IMG/VR virus record: IMGVR_UViG_3300010882_000010
Direction: 5' to 3' (one strand)
Source of the DNA: a virus
Lineage: Duplodnaviria; Heunggongvirae; Uroviricota; Caudoviricetes
DNA length: 64,000 nucleotides
The translations under genes and the position numbers were made by a program. The notes beneath the pieces were generated by a model. The model was given only the letters and a program-made list of their open reading frames with translations, was not told the DNA's origin and made no database searches. Each line of letters opens with the position of its first letter. Positions within the stretch are counted from its first letter, which is position 1. Shown here piece by piece: positions 56,583 to 64,000 of the stretch.

Positions 56583-56657
56583 ACACCGAGAAAATTTTTG
56601 AGGATTTTGAAAAAATCCTGGAGGGAGTGGATTTGGGAGATAAAGTTGTTGACAATT

Positions 56658-56712
56658 GTTAGCAACTTTTCTGTTTTTAAAGAGTTTCATATCAAAATTT
56701 TTAGTATTTTTA
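56658..56712 (+). promoter_or_regulatory. Class I bipartite early promoter
   Basis: GTTAGCAAC at 56658, TATTTTTA at +47. Confidence 0.65.
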
Positions 56713-56732
56713 CAGTACAAAATCAAAAGAAA

Positions 56733-57329
56733 ATGAATGGAATAGTACAAAATTTCATAGCACCGAATTTGGGAAAAGTGTGGTTAATTACTGATACGCA
56801 CTGGAATCATAAATCAATAATTAAGTATGAAAATCGTCCGGAAAATCATGGTGAATTAATTTGTGAAAATTGGAAAGATATGGTAGAAGAAAAAGATGTT
56901 GTAATTCATCTTGGTGATGTAATTTTTGCTAAACAAGGAACACTTAATGAAATTTTGGCACCTCTTCCAGGACGTAAAATTCTCATTAAAGGTAATCATG
57001 ATAGAAATTCAGCTTGGTACCTAACTAAGGGTTTTGATGAAGTACACAAGCACTATCTTATCATTTGTGATGAAATTTTACTTTCACACAAGCCTATGGA
57101 TATTGAAGCAATTGAAGCGGAATTGGGAATTAAAATTCGGTACAACATACATGGACACTTCCATTCTAAAGTACGCGAGATTAGTCCAGATTCTCCACCA
57201 GAGGATACCGAAGGTAGAAGAGCAGAAGATTACGCTTTTTACTCAAAGAGACATCTAAGGCTTTCTATTGAGGAAGAAAACTACAAGCCGGTAGAACTTA
57301 ATGACTACCTAAAAAGATTTGAAAAGTAA
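56733..57329 (+). CDS. Calcineurin-like metallophosphoesterase
   Basis: DTHW, HLGD, GNHD, SHKP, HGHFH; ATG 56733. Confidence 0.9.
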   Translation: MNGIVQNFIAPNLGKVWLITDTHWNHKSIIKYENRPENHGELICENWKDMVEEKDVVIHLGDVIFAKQGTLNEILAPLPGRKILIKGNHDRNSAWYLTKGFDEVHKHYLIICDEILLSHKPMDIEAIEAELGIKIRYNIHGHFHSKVREISPDSPPEDTEGRRAEDYAFYSKRHLRLSIEEENYKPVELNDYLKRFEK

Positions 57330-57333
57330 TTAT

Positions 57334-57362
57334 AAGGCTCTCTTAATCAGAGAGTCTTTTTC
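57334..57362 (+). terminator. Rho-independent terminator
   Basis: AAGGCTCTCT-TAATC-AGAGAGTCTT followed by a T tract. Confidence 0.75.
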
Positions 57363-57418
57363 ATTTAAAAAATTACCAGAAAAATCCGGAATAAATAATA
57401 AAAAAAGATATTTTTCAT

Positions 57419-58168
57419 ATGAAAATTGCAATTCTTAGAATTATTGCTATTACAGTAATTGTAGCCCAAGTATTTGCACTAATTGTTTCCTTTTCAACAT
57501 GTTCGCATAAAAGTAAACAATTGGACTGTGCTAACGAGAAGATAGAGATGTGTGAAGAAAATATCACACTATTACAAGATAGTGTTTATCTTGTTAAAAG
57601 AGAGATAGATAGTGTTTATAATGAGAAGTTAATTTTGCTAGAAACTAAAAGTAAATTAGAAAACGACATCTCAAAGTTAAAACAGGATAATAATCAAATG
57701 GCTAATACTATTAAAGATTTTCAAATTTTAAAAGAAAAAAATTTTGATATCATAGTTCAAGATACAATTAAAGAAGATAAAATAATCCATTTAGTACAGG
57801 GAATAGATACTACTTTTAAAGTAAATTGGTCTGATGAATTGATTAATAGTGAGTTGTCTATAAAAATTAAGGGTTGTGAATTATCTTGTAATGAGTTTAA
57901 TTATGGAATTAGGATTCCAATTGAAATTTTTCTTACTAAAGATTTAAATGTAATTTTGAAAAGTAGTAATCAAAAGGTAATGTTTAGTAATGTTACTACC
58001 TTAGTAGATCCGATAGCAATTAAAAATGCTAAAAAGAAACATCATGCTATTGGATTACAATTGGGAATGGGTATTGTCCCGGGCTACGATTTTTTAGGCA
58101 AGAAATTTGCTATAACAGCAGGACCCTGTATCAGTATTGGTTACACTTTCACTTTCTATCAATGGTAA
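57419..58168 (+). CDS. Membrane-anchored coiled-coil protein, spanin candidate
   Basis: N-terminal TM ending FSTC, long coiled coil, C-terminal Gly/aromatic strand motif AIGLQLGMG..SIGYTFTFYQW; TAAATAAT at 57392. Confidence 0.5.
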   Translation: MKIAILRIIAITVIVAQVFALIVSFSTCSHKSKQLDCANEKIEMCEENITLLQDSVYLVKREIDSVYNEKLILLETKSKLENDISKLKQDNNQMANTIKDFQILKEKNFDIIVQDTIKEDKIIHLVQGIDTTFKVNWSDELINSELSIKIKGCELSCNEFNYGIRIPIEIFLTKDLNVILKSSNQKVMFSNVTTLVDPIAIKNAKKKHHAIGLQLGMGIVPGYDFLGKKFAITAGPCISIGYTFTFYQW

Positions 58169-58240
58169 ATGATAAAATTGTGAACTCTCAAACTTTCATT
58201 TGAGTTCCTATTAACAATAAAAGAAAATCTAGTTAAAATT

Positions 58241-58296
58241 GTTAGTAAGTTTTTTTAATATGGTGACTATTTGTGTCACCATTTTTGTTATTTTTA
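58241..58296 (+). promoter_or_regulatory. Class I bipartite early promoter
   Basis: GTTAGTAAG at 58241, TATTTTTA at +48; spacer contains the hairpin TGGTGAC-TATTTGT-GTCACCA. Confidence 0.6.
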
Positions 58297-58327
58297 CAGT
58301 CTACTAATTTAAACTAAAAGAAAAGAG

Positions 58328-58609
58328 ATGAAACATGAATTAAAATTTTTGGATTACACAGGAACCTGGCCTTGTGCTTGTTATGGAACTTTAACTTTTT
58401 CTGTAGATGGAACTGTTTACGAATGGGATAGTTCACTTTCTTCTGGAGGAAGAGTTAGGTTTGATGATAATTGGTGTGAACATGTTGAACAAGGAGATTG
58501 GAGTGTAGAATTTCCAGAAGATTGTAATTTTGATTCAGAACTAAAAGAAGCAATTACAGAAATGGTAAATGATAATGTTGATCCTGGATGTTGTGGCGGA
58601 TGTGTCTAA
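58328..58609 (+). CDS. Hypothetical protein
   Basis: Ends GCCGGCV. Confidence 0.7.
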   Translation: MKHELKFLDYTGTWPCACYGTLTFSVDGTVYEWDSSLSSGGRVRFDDNWCEHVEQGDWSVEFPEDCNFDSELKEAITEMVNDNVDPGCCGGCV

Positions 58610-58627
58610 CTAGCAAAAATTTAAAAT

Positions 58628-59131
58628 ATGGCAATTTCATTAAAAGCAACACAATTAGCTCGTATTGAAGTAAAACGAGTGGCTTGGAAATTAATTAAAG
58701 AAAAAGGATTTACGGATTATCTTGAAGTAGCAGAAGTTTTAAGAAAAGAAGGATTTGTTTTTGATATTGATGTTGCTTATTATGCACTTGCTTATGTTGC
58801 TAAAAAAGAAGATTGGCAATCTTTTCGTACTTTACTTAATGGAAAACACAGTTGGAATAAAAATCAAAAGTACGTTCATTATACTTACTGGATACCGGTA
58901 GTTGGTAGTAAAGTAGTTATTAGAACTGAAGATGCTTTTGTGGAGTGTAAAGTAACAAAAGAATATCAAAAAGAATGGCAACTACAAGCAAGTGGTAACA
59001 GTAAATTAGCAGGTTATGCAACAATAGCAAAGTTAGAACACATTGGGCTTAATAAAGAAGATTTAATTCAAAAGGAAGTAGCAAGGTATGAAGCTAAACT
59101 AAAACTTTTCAAACTTATCGAGTTTAATTAA
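58628..59131 (+). CDS. Hypothetical protein (paralog of the 55650 N-domain)
   Basis: VA..LI.E.GFT...EV.E.LRK. Confidence 0.7.
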   Translation: MAISLKATQLARIEVKRVAWKLIKEKGFTDYLEVAEVLRKEGFVFDIDVAYYALAYVAKKEDWQSFRTLLNGKHSWNKNQKYVHYTYWIPVVGSKVVIRTEDAFVECKVTKEYQKEWQLQASGNSKLAGYATIAKLEHIGLNKEDLIQKEVARYEAKLKLFKLIEFN

Positions 59132-59150
59132 TAATAAAAATAGTAAAATT

Positions 59151-59360
59151 ATGACAAAAGAAATTCAAGAAAAAACAATTGATGAAATAGTAAGGATAGT
59201 AGCATATCCAAAACCGGAAATGTTTGATAATCTTTGCAAAATACTTGAAAGAGTGTACTTTCAAGGTAAGTTAGATTTTGTTGATGAAAATTTAGAATTA
59301 CCAGCAGAATCGAAAGAAGCATTAAAAGCGGAATTAATGAAAGCATATCAAGTAGAATAG
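59151..59360 (+). CDS. Hypothetical protein
   Basis: Intact ORF. Confidence 0.6.
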   Translation: MTKEIQEKTIDEIVRIVAYPKPEMFDNLCKILERVYFQGKLDFVDENLELPAESKEALKAELMKAYQVE

Positions 59361-59361
59361 T

Positions 59362-59517
59362 ATGATTGTAATGTTGATTTTATTGCTATATGCCTATCTT
59401 TTCTTACACTATCCTTACTGGTTAGAAGAAAAGAAGGTTTTAGTTGTAGAACATTACAATTATTTGAAAGAATTTTTTGAAAAACTAGAAAAAAGAAGAA
59501 ATGAAAAGAAACTGTGA
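59362..59517 (+). CDS. Small membrane protein
   Basis: 51 aa, hydrophobic N-terminus, fills a gap (not in ORF track). Confidence 0.45.
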   Translation: MIVMLILLLYAYLFLHYPYWLEEKKVLVVEHYNYLKEFFEKLEKRRNEKKL

Positions 59518-60613
59518 AAATTGTATCAAAATTTGGAGAGAACATATCACTGGACAAGTTGTCAGTGACTTAGAAAAAGAATTAGGTCTCGAAAATGGTG
59601 CAGAAAGAACTATCGAACAGATGACCAAACTTGATAATTTAGTTTGTGATGAATGCAGACGTCTCCAAGATAAGCAGATTTCATTAGAAGATCGAATGAA
59701 AATCAATGAAAAATCTCTAAGAACAAGAGTAAAATTAAAAAGCTATGTAATAATTCGTATTGATGGTAAGGCTTTTTCAACGTACACCAAAGGTCTTAAC
59801 AAACCATTTGATTATGGTTTGATGCAAGATATGATAGAAACAACTAGATATCTTTGTGAAAATATCCAGGGTGCTAAATTAGGTTATACACAATCTGATG
59901 AAATTTCAATATTGCTTACTGACCTTGATAATGAAAAGACTAACATGTGGTTTGATGGTCAAATCCAAAAGATGTGCTCTGTTGCAGCAAGTTTAGCTAC
60001 ATCAAAATTTAATCAACTCAGACTTGCACGAGAGTGTGATACATGGCATATTAAATATCCGGCAGCCGGAGAATATTCAGCAAGTAATATCATGAACTTT
60101 AAACTTGCACAATTTGATGCAAGAGTTCTTAGTTTTGAAGCTTTTAATCCACAAGAAGTTGTTAATTGTTTCATTTGGAGACAACAAGATGGAATTCGTA
60201 ATTCAAAACAAGCTTTAGGTCAAGCATACTTTTCAGCTAGCAAACTTAGTTGTAAAAATGTGGATGAAGTTTGTCAAATGTTGAGAGAAGAAAAGGGAAT
60301 TGAATGGGAAGATTTAAGAATTTTTAAACAAAGAGGATGGTGTACAATTAAGAAAAATCAATTGTGGGTTAGACCTCAAGATAATATCAGTTTCAAACCA
60401 AGACAAATTGAATCTCTTGATTTAATTGGTCAGAATACACTTGAAGTTGGTAAAATTATTGATATTATGGTACATCAAGGGAAAGAAGTACCGGGGATTT
60501 TGTATGAACGTAGTGCTTGGATAATTGATAAAGAAATTCCAATTTTTACAGAAAATCGTGAGTACATCTTAAAATTACTACCTAATTATGAGAGAGGAGT
60601 TTGTTTTATTTAA
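59501..60613 (+). CDS. thg1: tRNA(His) guanylyltransferase Thg1-like protein
   Basis: IIRIDGKAFS, PFD, GYTQSDEISILL, WFDGQIQK, FDARV, WRQQDGIRNS. Confidence 0.92.
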   Translation: MKRNCENCIKIWREHITGQVVSDLEKELGLENGAERTIEQMTKLDNLVCDECRRLQDKQISLEDRMKINEKSLRTRVKLKSYVIIRIDGKAFSTYTKGLNKPFDYGLMQDMIETTRYLCENIQGAKLGYTQSDEISILLTDLDNEKTNMWFDGQIQKMCSVAASLATSKFNQLRLARECDTWHIKYPAAGEYSASNIMNFKLAQFDARVLSFEAFNPQEVVNCFIWRQQDGIRNSKQALGQAYFSASKLSCKNVDEVCQMLREEKGIEWEDLRIFKQRGWCTIKKNQLWVRPQDNISFKPRQIESLDLIGQNTLEVGKIIDIMVHQGKEVPGILYERSAWIIDKEIPIFTENREYILKLLPNYERGVCFI

Positions 60614-60615
60614 TT

Positions 60616-60829
60616 ACGGAATTATACCCTATTTTATTGTATGTATTCACAAAGGCGAAATAGTTTTAAAAAGTCGATGAATAGATAGAATATAGAATCA
60701 CAAACTTATGAACAGAGCACTTAAATTAAGAATCTACCCAAACCAAGAACAGCAAACACTTTTAAATAAGACGTTTGGTTCCCTGTGAAACGTCAAAGTA
60801 CTCTACAATAATGTAGGGTACAATTCCGT
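60616..60829. mobile_element. 214 bp MITE-like element with 16 bp inverted ends carrying a tnpB stub
   Basis: ACGGAATTATACCCTA (60616-60631) vs TAGGGTACAATTCCGT (60814-60829), 15/16 complementary. Confidence 0.6.
60708..60812 (+). pseudogene. tnpB: TnpB (IS200/IS605) N-terminal HTH remnant
   Basis: MNRALKLRIYPNQEQQTLLNKTFGSL*NVKVLYN matches the typical TnpB start (K.RIYP..EQ..L..TFG..R.VYN). Confidence 0.75.
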
Positions 60830-60864
60830 TTATTTTCTCATCAAAAAATAACAAGTTTTTAATA

Positions 60865-60894
60865 AAACTTTTTATTATTTTTGAATAATAAATA
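60865..60894 (+). promoter_or_regulatory. Class II putative promoter
   Basis: AAACTTTTT-N9-GAATAATAAATA. Confidence 0.4.
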
Positions 60895-60913
60895 TATAAA
60901 ATTAAATTTAATT

Positions 60914-61876
60914 ATGAATAATCAATTGCAATTATTTACCGGAAAATATAGACCAAAATCATTAGAAGAAATTATATTATCAGATAGAATTCGTAAAGAA
61001 ATTGGAGATGGACAAATAAAACAAAATATTTTATTTTATGGTCCACAAGGTAGTGGAAAAACAAGTTTAGCAAAAATTTTAACAAAAAATTTACCAACAC
61101 TTTATGTTAATGCATCAGATGAAACAGGTGTAGATTTAGTGCGTACTAAAATTGTTGATTTTTGTTCTTCAATTTCTGTTTTAGATGGAAAAGAAACAAT
61201 TAAAGTAATTTTTTTAGATGAATGTGATAATCTTTCAGATGCAGCTTTTAAAGCATTACGAGCTACTATTGAAAAGTATTCAGAATTGGGAATTGCTAGA
61301 TTTATCGGTACTTGTAATTTTATCAATAAAGTGCCACAACCAATTCAAGACAGATTTTGTTGTATCAATTTTAATCCCATTTCAAAAGAAGAAGAAAAAG
61401 AATTGACAGTAAAGTACATTAAACGAATTATGGGTTTGATGAAAACACTAGAAATTACAATTTCAAAAGATGCAGCAATTGAGTTTGTAAAGCGTAATTT
61501 TCCATCAATGCGTTCTCTAGTTTCTAAAACACAATCATTCTATGATAAAGGAATTAAGGAGATTAGTATTGAAGACATTAAAGTTTTAAATTATAATTTT
61601 GAAGACGTCTACAAAATTATTATGACAGGTTCAGATCCTTATGCTAATTACGTTCTTTTAATGGGACAGTATGTGAACAAAGTTGATGATGTAATGCAAT
61701 CTCTAGGACAAGATTTTGTGGAATATCTTAGAGAGTTTTATCCAGCTAAAATTGGTAAAATACCACAAATTTTAATTGAAATTGCACACTATCAAGCACA
61801 AAGAAATTTAGTGATTGATTCAAGTATTTCATTACTAGGTTTAGTTTTTAAACTCCAAACAATAGTAAATCAATAG
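60914..61876 (+). CDS. gp44: Sliding clamp loader ATPase subunit (gp44/RFC small-like)
   Basis: KYRPKSLEEII, GPQGSGKTS, NASDETGVD.VR, LDECD, FPSMR; ATG 60914. Confidence 0.92.
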   Translation: MNNQLQLFTGKYRPKSLEEIILSDRIRKEIGDGQIKQNILFYGPQGSGKTSLAKILTKNLPTLYVNASDETGVDLVRTKIVDFCSSISVLDGKETIKVIFLDECDNLSDAAFKALRATIEKYSELGIARFIGTCNFINKVPQPIQDRFCCINFNPISKEEEKELTVKYIKRIMGLMKTLEITISKDAAIEFVKRNFPSMRSLVSKTQSFYDKGIKEISIEDIKVLNYNFEDVYKIIMTGSDPYANYVLLMGQYVNKVDDVMQSLGQDFVEYLREFYPAKIGKIPQILIEIAHYQAQRNLVIDSSISLLGLVFKLQTIVNQ

Positions 61877-61877
61877 C

Positions 61878-62075
61878 ATGGAAGGAATAATGATACATCG
61901 TATGATGAGACCAAGACATATTGACGTTAGAGGAACATGTGAAGATTGTAAAACAGATTTCAGAGCATATGTTACAGAAAATAATGTTAGAAAAGATAAA
62001 GAAGGAAAAAGTTGGGCAATTTTTAGTTGTCCAAGTTGTAATAAAGAATTTAAAGAATTGGTAAAATTTTGGTAA
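61878..62075 (+). CDS. Zinc-ribbon protein
   Basis: CEDC..CPSC. Confidence 0.7.
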   Translation: MEGIMIHRMMRPRHIDVRGTCEDCKTDFRAYVTENNVRKDKEGKSWAIFSCPSCNKEFKELVKFW

Positions 62076-62078
62076 CAT

Positions 62079-62597
62079 ATGCCAGGAAGTGCAACAGAGA
62101 ATAAGTTTATTGTAAGGGAGTGGTTTAATCAAATTCAACCAAGATTAATTCTAGATGTAGGTCCAGGATGTGGTACTTATTCTACTCTTTTAAGAAGTGG
62201 AAAACCGACAGAGGATAATCAAAAATGGTATGGTGTTGAAGTTTTTGAACCATACATTGAGAAGTACAATTTAAAATCTAAGTATGAGCATATTATTGTT
62301 CAAGATGTTAAAGAGGTAGATTTTTCTAAATTACCAACTTTTGATTTAATAATAGCAGGTGATATTTTAGAACATCTTGAAAAACAAGATGCTATTACAG
62401 TAATTGAAAGATTAAAACAGCATACAAAGAATTTGATAATTTCAATTCCAATTATTGATTATCCACAAGGACCATCAGAGGGGAACGTTCATGAAACACA
62501 TCTTTCTAATTTTAATTGGAATGAGATGAAAGAAATTGTAAAGCCTAAAGAATTTTTAGTTGGAACTATTTTAGGATACTACTGGTGGCAAGGATGA
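62079..62597 (+). CDS. Class I SAM-dependent methyltransferase
   Basis: ILDVGPGCG, GVEVF, DVKE, FDLIIAGDILEHL. Confidence 0.88.
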   Translation: MPGSATENKFIVREWFNQIQPRLILDVGPGCGTYSTLLRSGKPTEDNQKWYGVEVFEPYIEKYNLKSKYEHIIVQDVKEVDFSKLPTFDLIIAGDILEHLEKQDAITVIERLKQHTKNLIISIPIIDYPQGPSEGNVHETHLSNFNWNEMKEIVKPKEFLVGTILGYYWWQG

Positions 62598-62779
62598 GTA
62601 AGAACGTAAACAAAAGACAAGGTAGAATTATTGATGTAGATGCAATTTGCAATAATTGTGGAACTTTTTTTGATGCTTGTTGTTCTTGGTCTAAAACAGT
62701 AAAAATTGGAGATGAAGACTGGATAATTTTTCATTGTCCAAAATGTGGAACACCATTTAGAAACAGAGTAAAAATTTAA
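62594..62779 (+). CDS. Zinc-ribbon protein (paralog of 61878)
   Basis: CNNC..CPKC; ATGA overlap start. Confidence 0.7.
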   Translation: MSKNVNKRQGRIIDVDAICNNCGTFFDACCSWSKTVKIGDEDWIIFHCPKCGTPFRNRVKI

Positions 62780-62793
62780 AAAATTAAGATAAC

Positions 62794-63018
62794 ATGACAA
62801 AAATTTGTGAAGTTTGGGATAGTAGTTTAATTGATCAAACTATTTTTGATGCAGATGAAAAATCTTTAATAGTAATTTTCAAGAATAGTGGACAACACTA
62901 TAAATATTGTGGTATAACAGAAGATGAATATAATTCTTTTACTGAATCATCTTCACAAGGAAAATGGTTTTTAGAAAATATTAAAAATAATTCTGATTAT
63001 ACAGTAGTAAAACTTTAA
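62794..63018 (+). CDS. KTSC domain protein
   Basis: SSLI..FD..L.V.FKN.G.Y.Y......Y..F..SSSQGKWF...IK. Confidence 0.85.
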   Translation: MTKICEVWDSSLIDQTIFDADEKSLIVIFKNSGQHYKYCGITEDEYNSFTESSSQGKWFLENIKNNSDYTVVKL

Positions 63019-63050
63019 TTGTATTGTTGTTTATCATTTTGAAAATAGAA

Positions 63051-63058
63051 TATATAAT
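63051..63058 (+). promoter_or_regulatory. Putative late promoter of homing endonuclease gene (TATATAAT)
   Basis: Intergenic, 16 nt before the ATG. Confidence 0.4.
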
Positions 63059-63073
63059 AAAAATAAAGTTTTT

Positions 63074-63862
63074 ATGTATATTTATAAAACAACAAATTTA
63101 ATAAATGGGAAAATTTATATTGGGCAAAGTACAAAATCTATAAAAGAAACTAAAAATTATTTAGGTTCAGGACAACCTTATTTTATTAATGCTTTAAAAA
63201 AATATGGTAAAGAAAATTTTAAAAAAGAAATTTTAGAAGTTTGTAATTCACTTGAAGAACTTAATAAGAAAGAAAAATTTTGGATTAAAGAATTTAATTC
63301 ATTAAATTCAAATATTGGTTATAATTTACAAAATGGTGGGAGTGGATATACAGAAGAATTAAAATTAAGACAAAGTAAAAATAGAAAGGATAAACCAAGT
63401 CATAAAAAAGGAATACCATTATCTATAGAAACAAGAGAAAAAATGAGTAAAACTAGAAAAGGTATGAAAAAATCAGATGAACATAAAAGAAAAATAGGAA
63501 TAGCTAATCTAGGAAATAAACATAATAAAGGAAGAAAATGTTCAGAAGAAGTAAAACAAAAAATTAGTAAAGCTTTAAAAGGACGAAAACAATCGGAAGA
63601 ACAAAAATTACAAAATAGTATTAGTTTACAAAAATTTTATAATAATCTTACAAAAGAACAATCATTAGAACTTTTACAAAAAGGACGAAAAACACAAGGA
63701 GAAAAATTACCATATTTTTTTAGAGTTTTTAAAAAAGAAAATAATGAATTATTAGGAGATTTTTTTCATATTATGGATGTTGTTGAGAATTTTAATACTA
63801 CACGATATATTGTAAAAAATAATAAACATAAATTTTTTGATTTTAAAAAAATAGAAAAATAA
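63074..63862 (+). CDS. Free-standing GIY-YIG homing endonuclease with NUMOD3 repeats
   Basis: MYIYKTTNLINGKIYIGQS, YLGSG, KYGKENF, GYNL; SIETREKMS/SEEVKQKIS repeats. Confidence 0.92.
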   Translation: MYIYKTTNLINGKIYIGQSTKSIKETKNYLGSGQPYFINALKKYGKENFKKEILEVCNSLEELNKKEKFWIKEFNSLNSNIGYNLQNGGSGYTEELKLRQSKNRKDKPSHKKGIPLSIETREKMSKTRKGMKKSDEHKRKIGIANLGNKHNKGRKCSEEVKQKISKALKGRKQSEEQKLQNSISLQKFYNNLTKEQSLELLQKGRKTQGEKLPYFFRVFKKENNELLGDFFHIMDVVENFNTTRYIVKNNKHKFFDFKKIEK

Positions 63863-63866
63863 ATTA

Positions 63867-64000
63867 ATGACAAGTGAAAATGGTAGAAAAATTGGAAGTG
63901 GTCGACATGAATCTCAAAGAGGTGGTATGCCAGGTGTTCGATATACTAAGCATGATATGAGAGATTTAATTCTTGATACTTTTAGATTATTACCACGTGA
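63867..64000 (+). CDS. Partial ORF running off the window
   Basis: ATG 63867, open to the window end. Confidence 0.5.
   Translation, partial: MTSENGRKIGSGRHESQRGGMPGVRYTKHDMRDLILDTFRLLPR

Noticed and set aside
4474-60913. Long ORF-track starts at 4474, 4717, 33211, 56598 and 60881
   Set aside because: These upstream extensions run through promoter motifs; the downstream ATGs (4546, 4804, 33286, 56733, 60914) are more plausible
308-62800. Other short minus-strand and nested alternative-frame ORFs in the track (e.g. 4179, 7663, 21257, 37784, 45192, 61102)
   Set aside because: They fully overlap well-supported plus-strand genes and show no motifs
1-64000. Genome-wide stop-codon reassignment (as in Lak or some crAss-like phages)
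   Set aside because: TAA, TGA (many ATGA overlaps) and TAG (e.g. ends of the capsid and clamp loader genes) all terminate intact genes; coding density is high in code 11
1-64000. CRISPR array, tRNA or rRNA genes
   Set aside because: No regularly spaced repeat-spacer units and no cloverleaf or rRNA-like GC-rich segments were seen; the 42 bp repeats at 43276 are in-frame coding repeats without spacers

Overview
A very AT-rich (roughly 70-75% by eye), almost entirely plus-strand, densely coding 64 kb segment of a large T4-like (jumbo) myophage genome, read in the standard code. The host is probably a Bacteroidota member: genes lack Shine-Dalgarno sites, TAnnTTTG-like -7 boxes recur, and several genes carry SSC-type lipoboxes. 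The window holds long early/accessory operons of small membrane and hypothetical proteins (about 4.5-32.8 kb and 49-63 kb) and a head/baseplate block: prohead protease-scaffold fusion, gp23-like major capsid protein, and gp26/gp51/gp25-like genes. It also encodes a gp44-like clamp loader, RNA repair/tRNA enzymes (two RNA ligases, Thg1, a Pol-beta-type nucleotidyltransferase, a metallophosphoesterase), methylglyoxal synthase, NUDIX and macrodomain-like proteins, and three free-standing homing endonucleases. Main observations: (1) an Rnl1-type RNA ligase fractured in its catalytic KxDG|S motif by a naturally split intein, with a Vsr-like endonuclease gene between the halves; (2) an 8.7 kb array of 15 unrelated genes sharing an N-terminal leader like the T4 capsid-targeting sequence, directly upstream of the protease and capsid genes, which is a candidate modular cassette of virion-delivered cargo; (3) an 11-copy bipartite promoter with a palindromic upstream box; (4) near-total avoidance of TATA in core genes but not in apparently recent modules; (5) two stand-alone half-methyltransferases starting at NPPY/F; (6) a 214 bp inverted-repeat-flanked element carrying a tnpB stub. 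All functional calls come from motif recognition by eye; no database searches were run.
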